This document shows, one piece after another, positions 1-13,571 of a DNA stretch of 64,000 nt. This DNA comes from Eledone cirrhosa (Eukaryota). A program made the position numbers and the translations under genes. Location of the stretch: NCBI GenBank assembly GCA_964016885.1, contig OZ024742.1, positions 107,756,001 through 107,820,000 on the forward strand. The letters run 5' to 3'. Every line of letters starts with the position of its first letter. The stretch's first letter is position 1. Under the pieces are notes generated by a model. It searched no databases. It saw nothing but the letters and a program-made list of their open reading frames with translations, and was not told the DNA's origin.

Positions 1-700
<700 letters not shown>

Positions 701-1061
701 TCTCACATTCAGGAAATTACTTTAATTTCCTGTCTATCATATGTCTGATTTTTAACGCCGGTATTGATGATTAAACATCGATGAGACCTAAATGTTTATA
801 CTACAGACTACACACATATTGAAATAATAAATTAATGGTTTCAAGGCTCTGGAGAATAACAAAGTTATACGAGGTTATTGTCTGCCTAAGAGTAGCAGAT
901 AAGTTGGGGTACAAACGAAAGAAAAGCGCAATTAACATATAATGTGCAACCACTAGTAATGCAAAGAAGTCAAACTTATAATATAAATGCTATGAAGGCT
1001 GCCCCTTCGTTATCGAGTATGGCCATTGCACGATAAAAAAAATTATATACACATACACGTA

Positions 1062-1283
1062 AATTTGTCGATCGACTTTCGTCAAATCGGACCGCGGAAA
1101 CAATGTTTCCGTTGGTCTTTCCAATTGCTAATACTGTCTATTGGTCGGAACTCCAAGTAGAAGGAGCAACGTGAAATAAAGTGTCTTGCTGAAGGACATA
1201 ACGCATTGCCCGGTCCCGAAATCGAACTGACAACCTCACGATTGCGAATCCAGTTCTCTAACCAATCAGCCACACGCCTTCAC
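1062..1283 (-). mobile_element. tRNA-derived SINE (family 2)
   Basis: Minus strand starts GTGAAGGCGTGTGGCTGATTGG (A box-like) then GTTCGATT (B box-like). The 3' part recurs at ~56560-56665 and similar heads occur at ~15835, ~46910 and ~55130. Confidence 0.75.
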
Positions 1284-1329
1284 ATATATATAATTAACGG
1301 TGATGCGATTGAATGTTGCTTTTTAGCCC

Positions 1330-1677
1330 AGCCAATGATCTAAAATGTCTTGCACAGAGTTAGCAACCATGATAAAAATATTCACTGGCAATAGTGGTTG
1401 GTATTCATGTACCTTTGCATTTTATTTGGGACTTCCTGCAGGTCTACACTCTTTTCCACATGCTTGACAGGTATGATGAGTTGTATCTCCGACAGCAGCC
1501 TGGTAGTCAACCACTGGTCTCCCTTTATGACTGCGAAGATGACTTTTGAGTCCAGCTTTGCTCAGAGGCTGCATGTCAACGCCATAGGAGGATCTTCGTT
1601 GTCTGGAAATGCAACATCAATGCCTTTCCTGGCATCCCTCTTTACTTTCTTGTATGCTTCAAAAGCAACTTTCCCCT
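1330..1677 (-). mobile_element. Degenerate LINE 3' fragment (RTE-like, C2H2-type C-terminus)
   Basis: Minus translation contains ...AGLKSHLRSHKG...HTCQACGK with stops/frameshifts and abuts a (TACA)n run. Confidence 0.4.
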
Positions 1678-2316
1678 GTATATTATACATACATATATAC
1701 ATACATACATACATACATACAAACATATATATCAGGAGCTGTAGAAGCATTTCTGAATGTGGTGGTGGTGGTGGTGGTGGTGGTGGGGCTGGCAATTTGG
1801 TAATTTAAATGTAGTGATTAGTTTAGCTCTTTGCCGTTTGGTCAGAAAACTTCGAAATTCGATAAACGTAACATGTACATAAATTGTAACGCATATCCAA
1901 ATAAATATGTTTTGGTAATTTGGGGAGGATTGTATAATTATTGGGGGTGGGGATGGGGGTGGCCTCACCCTACCCGCAGTTTCACCACCCCTGTGTATAT
2001 ATATAATGTAAAAAAAATTCTCTGTACCCTTTCCTAAGGGGTTGATACGTCGAGCTTCTTCGTATTTGGCACCAGAGTGAAAAGCATATCGTCTACGAAA
2101 GGGAAGGAGAATACAGATCAATAAAAGAATAAATTAAAATGTACAAACCATCCAATAATGACTATAACACTTGGACATGTTCTATAGCATGTTTCGCCAC
2201 ATACCCCTTTGTGTATTTCTCTCTATATACTGTCTTATAAAGAGTCCGGAATCTATTCCTTGAGCTCATTAAATTATAGGGATTAACGTAAATCTTTAAC
2301 TCCGTTTTTTTAATTT

Positions 2317-2418
<102 letters not shown>

Positions 2419-2483
2419 TTTATTATGGCTATTGGTGAGCTGTGTTACTCAAATATGTCACCTGCGCATTCACAGGATCACCA

Positions 2484-2536
2484 GTCTTTTCTGATGATCT
2501 TGTGAGTGCGCAGGTGAAACTCCAGAGTAACAAGGC
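2484..2536 (+). ncRNA. Minimal type I hammerhead ribozyme motif (U10.1-U11.1 variant) within a ~150-bp palindrome (2412-2563)
   Basis: GUCUUUU-CUGAUGA-U-CUUGUG agug CGCAGG-U-GAAA-CUC ca GAG-UA|ACAAGGC. Stem I pairs 6/7 and AATAAA follows downstream. A decayed inverted copy lies at ~2436-2484. Confidence 0.6.
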
Positions 2537-2824
2537 TTACCAATAGCCATAATAAATCAATGTATATATATATATATATATATATATGAAGTTAATAGGT
2601 TGAGCATGATACCAGTTTATTACCAAATACGAAGAAGCTCGACATATCAAGCACTTAGCCATAAAAATGAATATTCAAACTATACTTCGGTATTGAGTTT
2701 TCATTCTTACGCCGTCAATAATGCACGTACTCTCAGGTCTAATTATTTTATTTTACATCAAAAATACATTATATACGACAAAAAAATAACATTACAAGAA
2801 ATTCCATATTTACGAACATAAAAT

Positions 2825-3475
2825 CACCGATTTCCCAAGCCACCCACTCTCACCACTTATTCCCAACTCTCCTATTATTTGGGACCCTCTCTATGTCTAC
2901 TACACAGCACTCTCTCATCTTTTCTCTATATCTACAACCACCAAATTCTCCCCCTATCTATAATCATACAAAACACTCTACCAGTCCCTCTCTTTATATC
3001 AAACATTAGCAAACTCTCCCCCTCAACATCTCTTCCACACTCTCTCGTAATCGTTCTCTCTCTGTCCATCACAAACTCCCCTCTCTATATCTTTTACGAT
3101 ACAGTTTCTCCCAATTCCCTTCTCTATATTTAGCAATATTTATCTCTCCCAACACCCTCATTATATCTACAAACATTGAAATCTACACCTCTCTATATCT
3201 ACTACACGAAACTCTTTCCCCCAACCCCCCTCTCTATATAAATTACCACCAAACTCTCTATATCTACCATACATCACTCTCCCTCATTCTATCCATCACT
3301 ACCAAATTCTACCCGTCTCTATATCAAGTAACACCAAACGCCCCCCTCTCTTATTCTACTACTCTGTACTCAATTCCAATACCCCTCTCTATATCAATTA
3401 ACATCAAACTCTCTCCCTTCCTATATCTACTACACGGACCCCTCTTCCAATCCCCCTCTCTATATCAATTAACAC
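2825..3475. repeat. Degenerate C-rich minisatellite-like array
   Basis: Recurrent CCCTCTCTATATC(TAC/AA) units with strong C over G strand skew. Confidence 0.6.
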
Positions 3476-3676
3476 TTGATATAGACGTGAAATACTTCGC
3501 TCCGGATTTTTACGGATTATTGTCAAAAAAACTGTGAGTTCATTGCTCAATTTAATAGCATTGTTTAGTTTAACCCCTTGCCTGGGCCTTCAGACGTTGA
3601 GTCAACTAATTTTCGCCCCTTTCTGGGGCGAAATTTTCATTTTCATCTCAAAACTGTGAAGACTTGGTAGTCAGCA

Positions 3677-5528
3677 ATGGATGCCATTTCAACCTCGCAC
3701 ACTGTCGTGAGTGCCACGCCCACTAAGAAAAGTGGTGGAGGGAAGGTAGGAGTACAAAGCTTGCAGCCTTCCCCCCTCGCATTATCGAAAAACGTTGAAA
3801 ATATTGAAACCACGAAACCAAACCCGGTAAATAATACCAGCACCAACAACAAGAACAATGACAATAACACCACAACCAACAACTGCAACAATAGCAACAC
3901 CAAGGAAAACATGAACAATATTACCAACAGTGACAACAACAGCAGCAACAAAAAAGACAACAACACCAAAATAACGTTCGCACAGACTGTAAAAAAAAAC
4001 GAACTATACACGCCAATTGACATAATAAATTCTAAACAACTACTACAAAACGCAAAACAATTCGTGACTTTTGGCGAAAACGGCGCTTTTAGCATCAATT
4101 CTCCACAGGAATTACGTAGAGAGGCTGTCCTGAAAACTGTAGTTTTCAGGACAATATCGAACGAAACAAGAAAACCAGCTCAATTATCACAAAATGAAAT
4201 TGAGCTGGTTCTAAAAGATGCAATGAAGGACATAACCTTCATACAAAAAGATAAACTGTTTGGTAGCATTTCGGTGCTAATGAACAACCAGTCAACAGCA
4301 CAAACATACTCGGCATCACTCATTGTGTCCCCCCGCTTCACCTTTTTCCCCACATACAGGGGAAAAGGACACAAAGAATAAAAATAATGAGTATCACACC
4401 AAATGTAAATATTTGGTGGATACTATGTGGAATCATTGACTTTGATGAAGACAAGATAATTTCAATAGGAAAGTCCTCCGGAGGTGTATTTGGTGGGACC
4501 AGCGTAGAAGTTCTGGTGCAAATGAGCCCAGAACGAATAGTGAATATCCCACAATGCGTGCCTCTGGACGGGCTAACTTATATAAACATTTCAGTGGAGG
4601 GAAGGCGGCCGTCATGTTACCACTGCTTAAGCAGGGGTCGCCTGAGGGCTGCCTGTCCTCAATTAACGAGGCAAAAAAGGCTCTTCTAACGCAACAACAC
4701 CACCACCACCACCACCACCACCACCACCACCACCACCACCACCACCACCACCACCACCACCACCACCACAACAACAACAACAACAAAAAGAACAACCACA
4801 ACAACACGGAAAAATAACAACACAAAACACTGTTCCACCCAACCCCTCCCCACCTAAAACAAATACAAAAGCAACCACAACAAAACCCCAAAATATACCC
4901 CTCCACAACAACACGGAAGAGGACTCCGAATCAACGTCACCCAGTGACGACGAGGGAGAACCCTTTCAACAGGTGAAAAGGAAAAAAAAAAGGCACCACA
5001 TTAACAAAAATGTTACAAACACATAACCACCAGCACAAACAGAACAAACATCACAAACAAAAAAACCCACCCCTCCCCAAAACATAACACATACTACAAA
5101 ACGCAAACACGCACAAGAACAACAAACAAAAACTAACACAACACAACAAAAACTCTATACATACATTAACAAGAACAATAAAACTTTGATGAAAGCGATA
5201 AAAAATAACCCTTCGGTGGAAACCGAAGGGATCACTTTCACCTACGCAGCGAACAAACCGCACCTAATGATGATTAGGGTCCCAACGGAAACCTATGTAA
5301 CTTTGAAAAAGAACCATCCAATGCATGTGGGGACCAACTGCACCAAACCACTTAACCATGTCCTATTGTTTCCCCAACCCCACACCAGACACCCACACCC
5401 CACCAAACACCCTAATTCCACCACACACTGATGTCCTCACCCCACCACAAACCACCACCCCACCAAACAACCCTTCCAACACCCCCATGGAAATTGTGCA
5501 GCCTGGTCCCCAGGAGACGAAGAGGTAA
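3677..5528 (+). pseudogene. ORF1 (gag-like) of Tx1-like LINE, frameshifted
   Basis: Fragments 3677-4381 and 4387-4689 contain SVEGRRPSCYHCLSRGRLRAAC, aligning with SVEGKRPKCFRCGSKTHLRAFC in ORF 61546-63675; (CAC)n expansion inside. Confidence 0.8.
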
Positions 5529-5570
5529 GTAATTTCCTTTCCTCTTCCTTTTTAACTCTTCAGCACCAAC

Positions 5571-8500
5571 ATGGCCAATATAAGAGTTGGATGTGTGAAT
5601 GCACGCGGCCTGGGGATGTCCTGGAAACAGGGCAAACTCTTAAATGACCTCAGGTCGCACAGAATGGATGTAATGGTTATTTGCGAGTCCAGGATCAGCA
5701 GCGAGCGCCAACTGGCCCCCATCTTCGACGACTTTGAGATCTACGCATCTCTCTGTCAGCCGAGGGGTGAGGATGGGGTTGACGTTCTGCTGCGAAAATA
5801 CCTGGGTCTTGTCACACAGAAGGTACACCTGGACCCGGAGGGTCGACTGGTGGTTTTAGACGTCGGCAGTGGTGAAGGTGGAGCTCTCAGGCTGGTGGCA
5901 GCGTATGCCCCATCTGGGACACCGCGACCGGACTTCTTCCGACGCCTGGAGAATTTCCTGGGAACGTCTCGCTCCTTGCTTTTAGTGGGGGACTGGAATG
6001 GTATCCTGGATGCACGTTGGGACTATGTAGGGGCATGTCCCGATAGAGGAAGGTGTAACAGCCTCAAACGATTAATCGGCCGATTTGATCTGGCCGATAG
6101 ATATCGACTAGATTTTCCGACTGTGCCACTGTGCCACTGTGCCACTGTGGACTAATCTCAGCGGAACATCTAGGTCGTACCTAGATAGGTTCCTAGTTAG
6201 AAATAAGGATAGGGACATATTAAGCTGTCCACGAATGTTCATGGTTGACTATTCGGATCACAAGTTGGTAACCGGAGTGGTTAACCTTGATAGAACTCAT
6301 AGACAGGGACCCGGTTACTGGAAGCTAAACTTGTCTTCAAACGCTGCTTAACTAGTGTGCTAATCCGCTTACAGTAAGCGGATTAGCACACTAGTTAAGC
6401 AGCGTTTGACGGGGCCAATTGTCAACAGCAGGTGGTGGGGCTCTCTCAAGAGAGAAATTAGAATAGAATCGATAGGTTTTAGTCGGGAATTAGCATCAGA
6501 TAGGAATAGAACTGAAAGGGAATTAACAAATAGAGTAGAAGAGGCGATTAGGAGTGGCAACGTGGCTGGCGTGCTGGCGTCAAGAACGGCTCTAGACCAG
6601 TTCTTTGATGCGAAGCACGAGGGCTGCGTTGTCAGGAGTAAAATAAGTGCTCTGGGTAACGAGGGAGCCAAAGCTGTTAGCTGGGCTCGAGTGACAGAGG
6701 CAAAAAGTGGAAACAAGTCCACGATTCGGTCTTTGAAGGACCAGGATGGACGCGTGATCCTTGAACCTGAGCGGATGAGCGCGGCCTTTCAACGGCGCTT
6801 TGCACGACTGTTCGGGAGGGGCGGCCGGCCGGGTGGGGCCATGGACGGTCTGGCGAGGCTCTCGGACGGGTAGGCGAAGTCCTGCGAGAGGCCGATTTCA
6901 GCCGCTGAAATAGGGGAAGCGCTGAGCCAATGCAGCAAACGCAAATCTCCGGATCTCGATGGTCTACCATACGAACTTTATGTAGCGATGCCGGGCTTGT
7001 TCTCCGGTCTCCTCGAGGCGGTCTACTGCAACTGGCAACAGAACGGGAGAATTCCCAGTTCTGTGACCAAGGGCGTAGTCACGCTGGTGAGGAAGGACGA
7101 GAACAAGGGGGATGACATAGATAACTTCAGGCCCATAACTCTGCTAAACACAGAGTTAAAGATTTTGGCCAAGGTGTTAGCGAAGAGGTTGGCGCTTGTC
7201 GTCGGGAACCTGGTGGGAGAAGCGCAGACATGCGCAATCCCGTCCAGGTCCATACACGACAACCTCCACCTCATGCGATACATCGTAGAGAGGGTAGGGA
7301 ACGAACCCGGCTTTGGTGGGGCCCTGATCAACTTGGATCAATCTAAGGCGTTCGATAGGGTTGACCATCGGTACCTGGATGCGGTGCTCGCGGCGGCAGG
7401 CTTCTGACCCGTTTTCAGGGGCTGGATTGCAGCAATGCACAGCAGCAACACCTGCTCGAGGGTCAAGGTGAACGGCTACCTCTCGGAGCCGTTCCAAATC
7501 ACGCGATCCATCCGACAGGGATGCCCCCTCTCCTCCCTCCTGTATGTGCTGGCTCTCGAACCACTACTGCGGAAGCTGGAGTTGTTGCAGGGCATCCCCT
7601 TGGAACCGGGATTGCGGAAAGCGGTGTCGGCCTACGCCGATGACGTGACAGTAATGGTGTCGTGCGCCTCGGAAATCGGGCAGATCGGCACCTTACTGGA
7701 GGAATATGAAAGGTTCACAGGAGCCAAGCTGAACCGGGACAAGTCCGTCGGTTTGCAACTCGGGACGTGGAGGGGCAAAACGACCCCTCCGACGGCATCG
7801 TCGGACGCTGGACGGAGGGACCGGTGAAGCTGCTCGGGGTATGGTTCGGACCGGACCTCCAGGTGGAGAAAAACTGGGACGATGTAACGGGCAGGGTGTT
7901 TGCTCTCGCCCAGAAGTGGGCCGAGTGCAAACTATCCCCGAAAGGTCGAGCGGAGGTGGCGAACGCTTATATAGCGTCCGTCATCTACTACCGCTTGACC
8001 GTCGTGCCTTGCCCAGAGAAAACACTCGCCAAAATGGAGCACGCGCTCTTCCAATTCCTTTGGAAGAAGCCGGCTCCTTTGGTGAGAAGATCTATCTGCT
8101 GTCAACACCCTTTGAACGGAGGGCTGACGATGCGTAGACACGCATTAAGGCTACGGCACCTCCAGGTATTCCTCACCGGTCAGCCGGTGTGGGCCCTGTT
8201 TGTGAGGCGAGCCTTTCCGAGACTCGTCTCACTCACCGAGCTGCAATCCTGGATAAAGCAAAGACCGAGAAAAGTAGGCGATTGGCACATTGAATGTGCC
8301 CAGGCGCTCACGGCCCTCTGGCAAGCGGATCCGGCAATCAGTGGAGACTCAACCTCAACATTCTATAGAGGGTTGGTGCGCAGTAAGTGCGACGACGCTC
8401 TCGGAGAGGCTCTGGGCATGGAGGAAGATGAGCTGGTCAGTCTGTTCGGTAGGACGTTTGGCCCAGGACCGATGGACATCTTCCAAAGTCCCTGGCTTGG

Positions 8501-8998
8501 CAATGTTACCGAGGAGCTCTACCCGTTCGGGACAAGCTCTACAGACACGGGCGCCCGGGTAGGGACCCCTCGAAGAAGATCTGTCCGAGATGCGTGCGTG
8601 ACGAGGAAACCGTCGCACACGCATTCGTACACTGCCCGGGCGTTGCTGACCTGTGGGGCTATGTGGAACGACTACTGTCGCGGGTGGGACCAATCCGGTT
8701 GACCACCGAGAACATTGTCACGATCAAACCGCCTCCCCCTTTCAAAAACGAAGGAGAGGTGGTTTTCCTCTGTGTGATAGCTATGGCGAAAGAAGTTGTA
8801 TGGTGGACAAGGTTGAAAGGGCTGAGATCTGACACCTTTCTCTCCGGCCAACAACTGGTCTTTTTTTTCAAGTACCACTTTAGAAGAAGGATCAGAATGG
8901 AGAGTGAGGTGCTCTACCCCAGCAAGTTTTATGAAAGGTGGGTGGAAGTAGCGAGAATGGCCCGAGTGAATGGGCCTTCTCTCTATATCAACCTGTAG
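5571..8998 (+). pseudogene. ORF2 AP-endonuclease/reverse transcriptase of Tx1-like LINE, several stops and frameshifts
   Basis: NARGL, GDWN, YLDRF, SDHK, GYWKLN (APE); FRPITLLN, LDQSKAFDRV, RQGCPLS, AYADD (RT); ETVAHAFVHC (C-terminal). Confidence 0.93.
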
Positions 8999-9449
8999 GT
9001 GAGAGAAGAGAAGAATGAGAAGAGGAAGGAAGCACCCGCTCTTTGTGCTCCTGAAGAGGAGGGTTGCACATTTTTTCGGGGGTGTGTGCGACCCACGTCA
9101 ACGGCCCCTCCCTATTGAGGACATCGATTGTTAAATTTAATTTGTTATATGTTTCTTACACGTTTTTTTAAATGTATGTAAACTCCCCCCTTTGTATTTG
9201 TCACAATCTTTGATGCCCTGGTGGCAAATAAATAGAAATTTATATTATTTAGCTATCACGAAGGAACATTCCTCTAACAATTACAAGAAATAATAATATT
9301 AATAATAAGATATTAAACAGGGTGATCTTATGTCTTTTTCTCTATCTATTTCACTGTGGCTTCCATTGATACCTTTAGGGATTGTAATGAAGGCATATTT
9401 ATTAGTTAACCCCCCCCCCCCCAGAAACACTTCTCAATATCAAGCGCTT

Positions 9450-9735
9450 TACTGCGAAGACTATAGTCCTTCGCGATCTTCTTTACGCTGATGACTGTGA
9501 TCTAGTTGCGCATTCAAAGATATGTACAAATTCATGTTTTCTACCGCAGGCACATTAAACTCCTCGAATGGTTTCACCAACGTTGCCTCTGTGATATTTT
9601 TGGTGTTCCCTGAAGTAGACACACGGCAGACACTGATATGTTACAAAAATGCTGGTGTAGTTAGCATTGAAACTCACACTCACAAGCACCGACTCAGATG
9701 GGTAGAGCACGTTGTTAGATCTCACGGCAGCAGAT
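9450..9735 (+). mobile_element. Short RTE-like LINE RT remnant
   Basis: Translates LYADDCDLVAHS (9481+) and LRWVEHVVR (~9693+), with large deletions between. Confidence 0.5.
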
Positions 9736-9744
9736 ATATATATA

Positions 9745-10631
9745 TAGGTGTGTCAGAAAAGTTCCAGGACTGATGTCAGAAAAGATTTATTTTAAACCCA
9801 AACTTCACACTGAGAGTTTTCTCCTTCAAAGTAATCCCCCTGGAGTCTAATAGACTTTTCCATCCTTTTCTGCCGCGCTTGCATGCACTCCTGGAAGGAT
9901 TCTTCCGTGATCCTCCGCAGTTCCGTCGTCACAGCCTTTTTGATGTCGTCCACGTCTTCAAAACGAGTCCCCTCCGGGTCGTACTCGAAGATCCATGTCT
10001 CATCACCAGTGATGACTGTCCCTAGCAAATCTGGTTCGGTTTCAAGACGCTCGAGGATGTCCTGGCACACTTGCATGCGTCGACCCTTCTGGTCATCGTT
10101 CAGCAGTTTTGGCACCATCTTCGCGCAGACTTTCCGCATGTCCAAATCTTCAGTGAGAATCTTCCAGACGCTGTCCCGATTCATGCCCAGCGCATTTGCC
10201 ATCAGTCCAACAGTCAGTCGACGATCGCTACGCACCATCTGCCTGACGCACTCAACGTTCACCTCAGTCGTGGTTGTTGAGGGCCTTCTGCTCCTGGAGT
10301 CATCTTGCACCACTCAAAAAACACGTGAGCGCGACATCGTCTCATCTCCATACACTTGCTGCAGCAATCCCAGTGCTTCTGACGGAGTTTTCCCCAACCG
10401 TACCAGAAACTTCAAGTTTGTTCGTTGCTCTGTGCTCATTGCTTGACGACCTGAAACAGAGGACATGTATATAAAATTATGAAGAAAAAAGTTTGATCGC
10501 TGCAGAGAGCTAAGATTACAGTTACATACTCCAGAGGGATTACTTTGAAGGAGAAAGCCTTAGTGTGAAGTTTGGGTTTGAAATATATCTTTTGTGACAT
10601 CAGTCCTGGAACTTCTCTGACACACCTCGTA
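9745..10631 (-). mobile_element. Mariner-family DNA transposon, internally deleted, with ~100-bp TIRs
   Basis: 9746-9846 matches the reverse complement of 10528-10628 (GGTGTGTCAGA.AAGTTCCAGGACTGATGTCA...); TA context at both ends. Confidence 0.9.
9792..10439 (-). pseudogene. Mariner transposase remnant
   Basis: MSTEQRTNLKFLVRLGKTPSE (HTH), KMVPKLL, ITGDETWIFEYDPE joined directly to GTRFEDVDDIK...GDYFE. The second and third catalytic Asp region is missing. Confidence 0.88.
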
Positions 10632-10635
10632 TATG

Positions 10636-10667
<32 letters not shown>

Positions 10668-11028
10668 TAATAGTGATGTTATAAAGTTATATCTTTCGTT
10701 TATTACTATTATTATCATAATACTCCAGATAAAGTTTAACTGTCGAGTGGTTCGTATCTGTTATGAGCATAACTCAGTTGATTATATATCAACAAAGTCT
10801 TTAACTCATTGTTTATATATATATATATAAACTGTAAAACAACTGATGTTATTATATTGAGCTATTTCTCTTACTGGTAATAAGGTAGTAGGAAATTACT
10901 GACCTTTCCTGTTTATAGTTGTTTATACTATATACATAACTATAAATAGTATTATATATATATATATATAACATTTTTTGAAGAAACAGGGGGTTGTGTG
11001 GTTGCTGGATAAAGTGTATTTAGAAATA

Positions 11029-11163
11029 AGAGGAAAGCACAAACGGGGGATATTTCCCATCATCAGTTGTCTGCTGGAGATCACGGACATTTCTTTAATG
11101 TATAGAAATGTCCGTGATCTCCAGCAGACACAACTGATGATAGGAAATATCCCTCGTTTGTGC

Positions 11164-11171
<8 letters not shown>
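11029..11171. repeat. ~143-bp imperfect palindrome between microsatellites
   Basis: AGAGGAAAGCACAAACG...CATTTCT / AGAAATG...CGTTTGTGCTTTCCTCT; each arm contains CTGATGA facing outward. Confidence 0.85.
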
Positions 11172-11208
<37 letters not shown>

Positions 11209-11718
11209 CCTCTCTCTCAATATATATATATATATATATCTGGCCTCACTCAATTTACTCAGAATAATAAAAGAATAAAGAAACTACTCGTATGTATGGG
11301 TGTACGCGTGCATGTATGTATATGTGCTTATATGTGTTTGATAGCGCACGTTTTTTTACTATATGAATTAATCCAGATATCACGAGTATTTTTCTATATA
11401 TACCCTGTGTCAGTCAATACGTGCGATGTCTATGTATGTACTGTCTGTTTGTTTGTGTGTTTGTATGTGTGACTACGTCTTCAGAGGCCAGAATTACATA
11501 TTCTATCAATATCAATATTGATATTCCTACCAAAATAGCAATTGTCGAAGATATTTATATTTAGTGTCTCATCCTAAGTCTTACGCATCTTCTTACTTAT
11601 TTTCCTTCTTTCTTTCTGTTGCTTTTTGTTTGTTCTTTATACTTTTGTTCTCTTTTAGTATCCCAGTGTATACAGCAACATAGTAACTACTATTAAATTC
11701 TATTTATCATAATCATTA

Positions 11719-12702
11719 TCTATATATATAACACAGAGAATGTCTGTCTATCTGTCTGTCTGTCTGTCTGTCCGTTTCCCTAAAACTCGAGAACCACCCA
11801 ACTGATGTTTTTCAAACTTTACACATGTAATACTTATGGTCGTGTGAGTGTTTTGAGCAAAAAATATTTCAAAATTTCAATGCCCTAGGGACCGCATTGG
11901 GCGAAAGACCGCATATTTTAGGCTTTAAAGGCTTTTTTGAGGCATAACGGAACAATAATGCAGGCGATTTCTTCAAAATTTGCATTACTTATGTCGTTTA
12001 AAGTGTTTTGAGCAAAAAGGATTTTCTCAATTTTTGCCCCAGGGACCGCATTAGGCGAAAAAACGATTTTTTGAAGAATTTTGGTTGCGTTAGAGCCTGT
12101 AACTCGAGAAGTACCCAACCGATTTTTTTAAAACTTTGCATATGCATTACTTATGTTTCACAAATTTTCTTAACTAAAAAATATTTTTTAGCATTTTGGT
12201 TGCGTTAGGGCTTGTAACCTTAAAAGTATCCAACTAAATTCCTTTATGTTTTACACTTGCATTATTCATTTTCCAAGGTGTGACATGCTTACAAAACATT
12301 GCACCCTTTCTTGCCCCATGGCCGCATCAGGCGAAGATCCATATTTTAAATACATTTTGGTTGCGTTAGGGCTTGTACTCTCCACCACTGCAGTCCCAAA
12401 TGCTTACTGCTCTGTAACGATTGCTTTCATTGTACCATAGAACAACAAATACATGTTCGGTTTGTCGAATGCCTTTTCACTTAACCCTATCGTCTTGGCT
12501 TTCGTGGGTTGAACATTTTACTCTCAGGCACCCAATTAAGTTAAACCCCTGGTAATCTACGACGAATTTTTTTATAAGCACACAATGTAGACACCATCCC
12601 CAGGCCGAGGTATTTCGTACTTCTCTGTACTGTTTCAGAAAGGAGGGATAAACATGCCAATCTATGTTTAGAATCCCGAGCAACGCCAGGCCATTCTGCT
12701 AG
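11719..12702 (+). mobile_element. Non-autonomous Helitron
   Basis: A|TC start (TCTATATATATA...(TCTG)n), CTAG|T end preceded by GC hairpin-like CCCGAGCAACGCCAGG, internal subrepeats (GGGACCGCATT.GGCGAA, TTTTGGTTGCGTTAG). Confidence 0.8.
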
Positions 12703-13571
12703 TATATATATATATATATATATATAAAATAAAGGATAAGGTAACTTTAATTTTTTTATTAGTAAAATAAGACCTGTAGAATGATTATAACTGTTAATGA
12801 AGTGAGTATCTCATCAGATGGATCACTCAACATGTATAATTGAATCCAGCGAGATAATATACCTTGGGTATTTTTTCAGGCTCCAATAAGTAGTACATAT
12901 CATGGAGTACGTATCAGTATTGTGCTAGGAAAAACACACGAAGCATGATTAGTAAAAACATTATTCAATTATACATCTTCTTCATATGTTTCATTATTGA
13001 GTTATGTAATTGTCTATGGGTTGTTAGGAGATATTGAAATTTCCAATCATTTCCGCACTACGATAGCCATTTTATGTCAATAATTCATCCGAAAATGAGT
13101 AATTCCCAAATATTTTGATAGGATTAGTTAGAGGAATCGCTATTAAGTTGACCTGTGGGTATCCAACAGTCTCTGGTATCCATTATGGGAGTGGTTAAGC
13201 CAAGATAGAAGATAGGTAAATTTATTTAGTGTTAGTTGTATCGAGTCGCAAGGATGAGAGGATACAGACAATAAATGCTATTAGTGTTATTGTTGCTAGT
13301 TTGGCAGTTGTAGATAATGGTGAAGTTAAGAACATATATATTATCTTTAAATATACTTCTGTGCATTTTCTCCTTCACTTTTAACTATATATATAGTGAA
13401 AGAATGAAGAATAACATGGTCGGCTGTACAACAAGGATTACCTATAACGATAACTTGTTATCCCATATATATATATAGTTAAAAAGTGAGGGCGAAAATG
13501 CACAGAAGTATATTTAAAGATTATTCTTTCTTTAATCCGACAGAATGCATAATTTTATAATTGTTGCATTA

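Larger units (their letters stand above)
3490..9240 (+). mobile_element. Near full-length decayed Tx1/L1-clade non-LTR retrotransposon (copy 1)
   Basis: ORF1 with zinc knuckle, ORF2 with APE-RT-C-terminal Cys motif, 3' UTR ending GGCAAATAAATAGAAAT + ATT-rich tail. The 5' boundary is approximate. Confidence 0.9.

Noticed and set aside
9883-10446. 187-aa plus-strand ORF
   Set aside because: Antisense shadow of the mariner transposase.
12790-12830. Minus-strand CUGAUGAG (a similar motif lies near 47840)
   Set aside because: No GAAA or stem III at a suitable distance.
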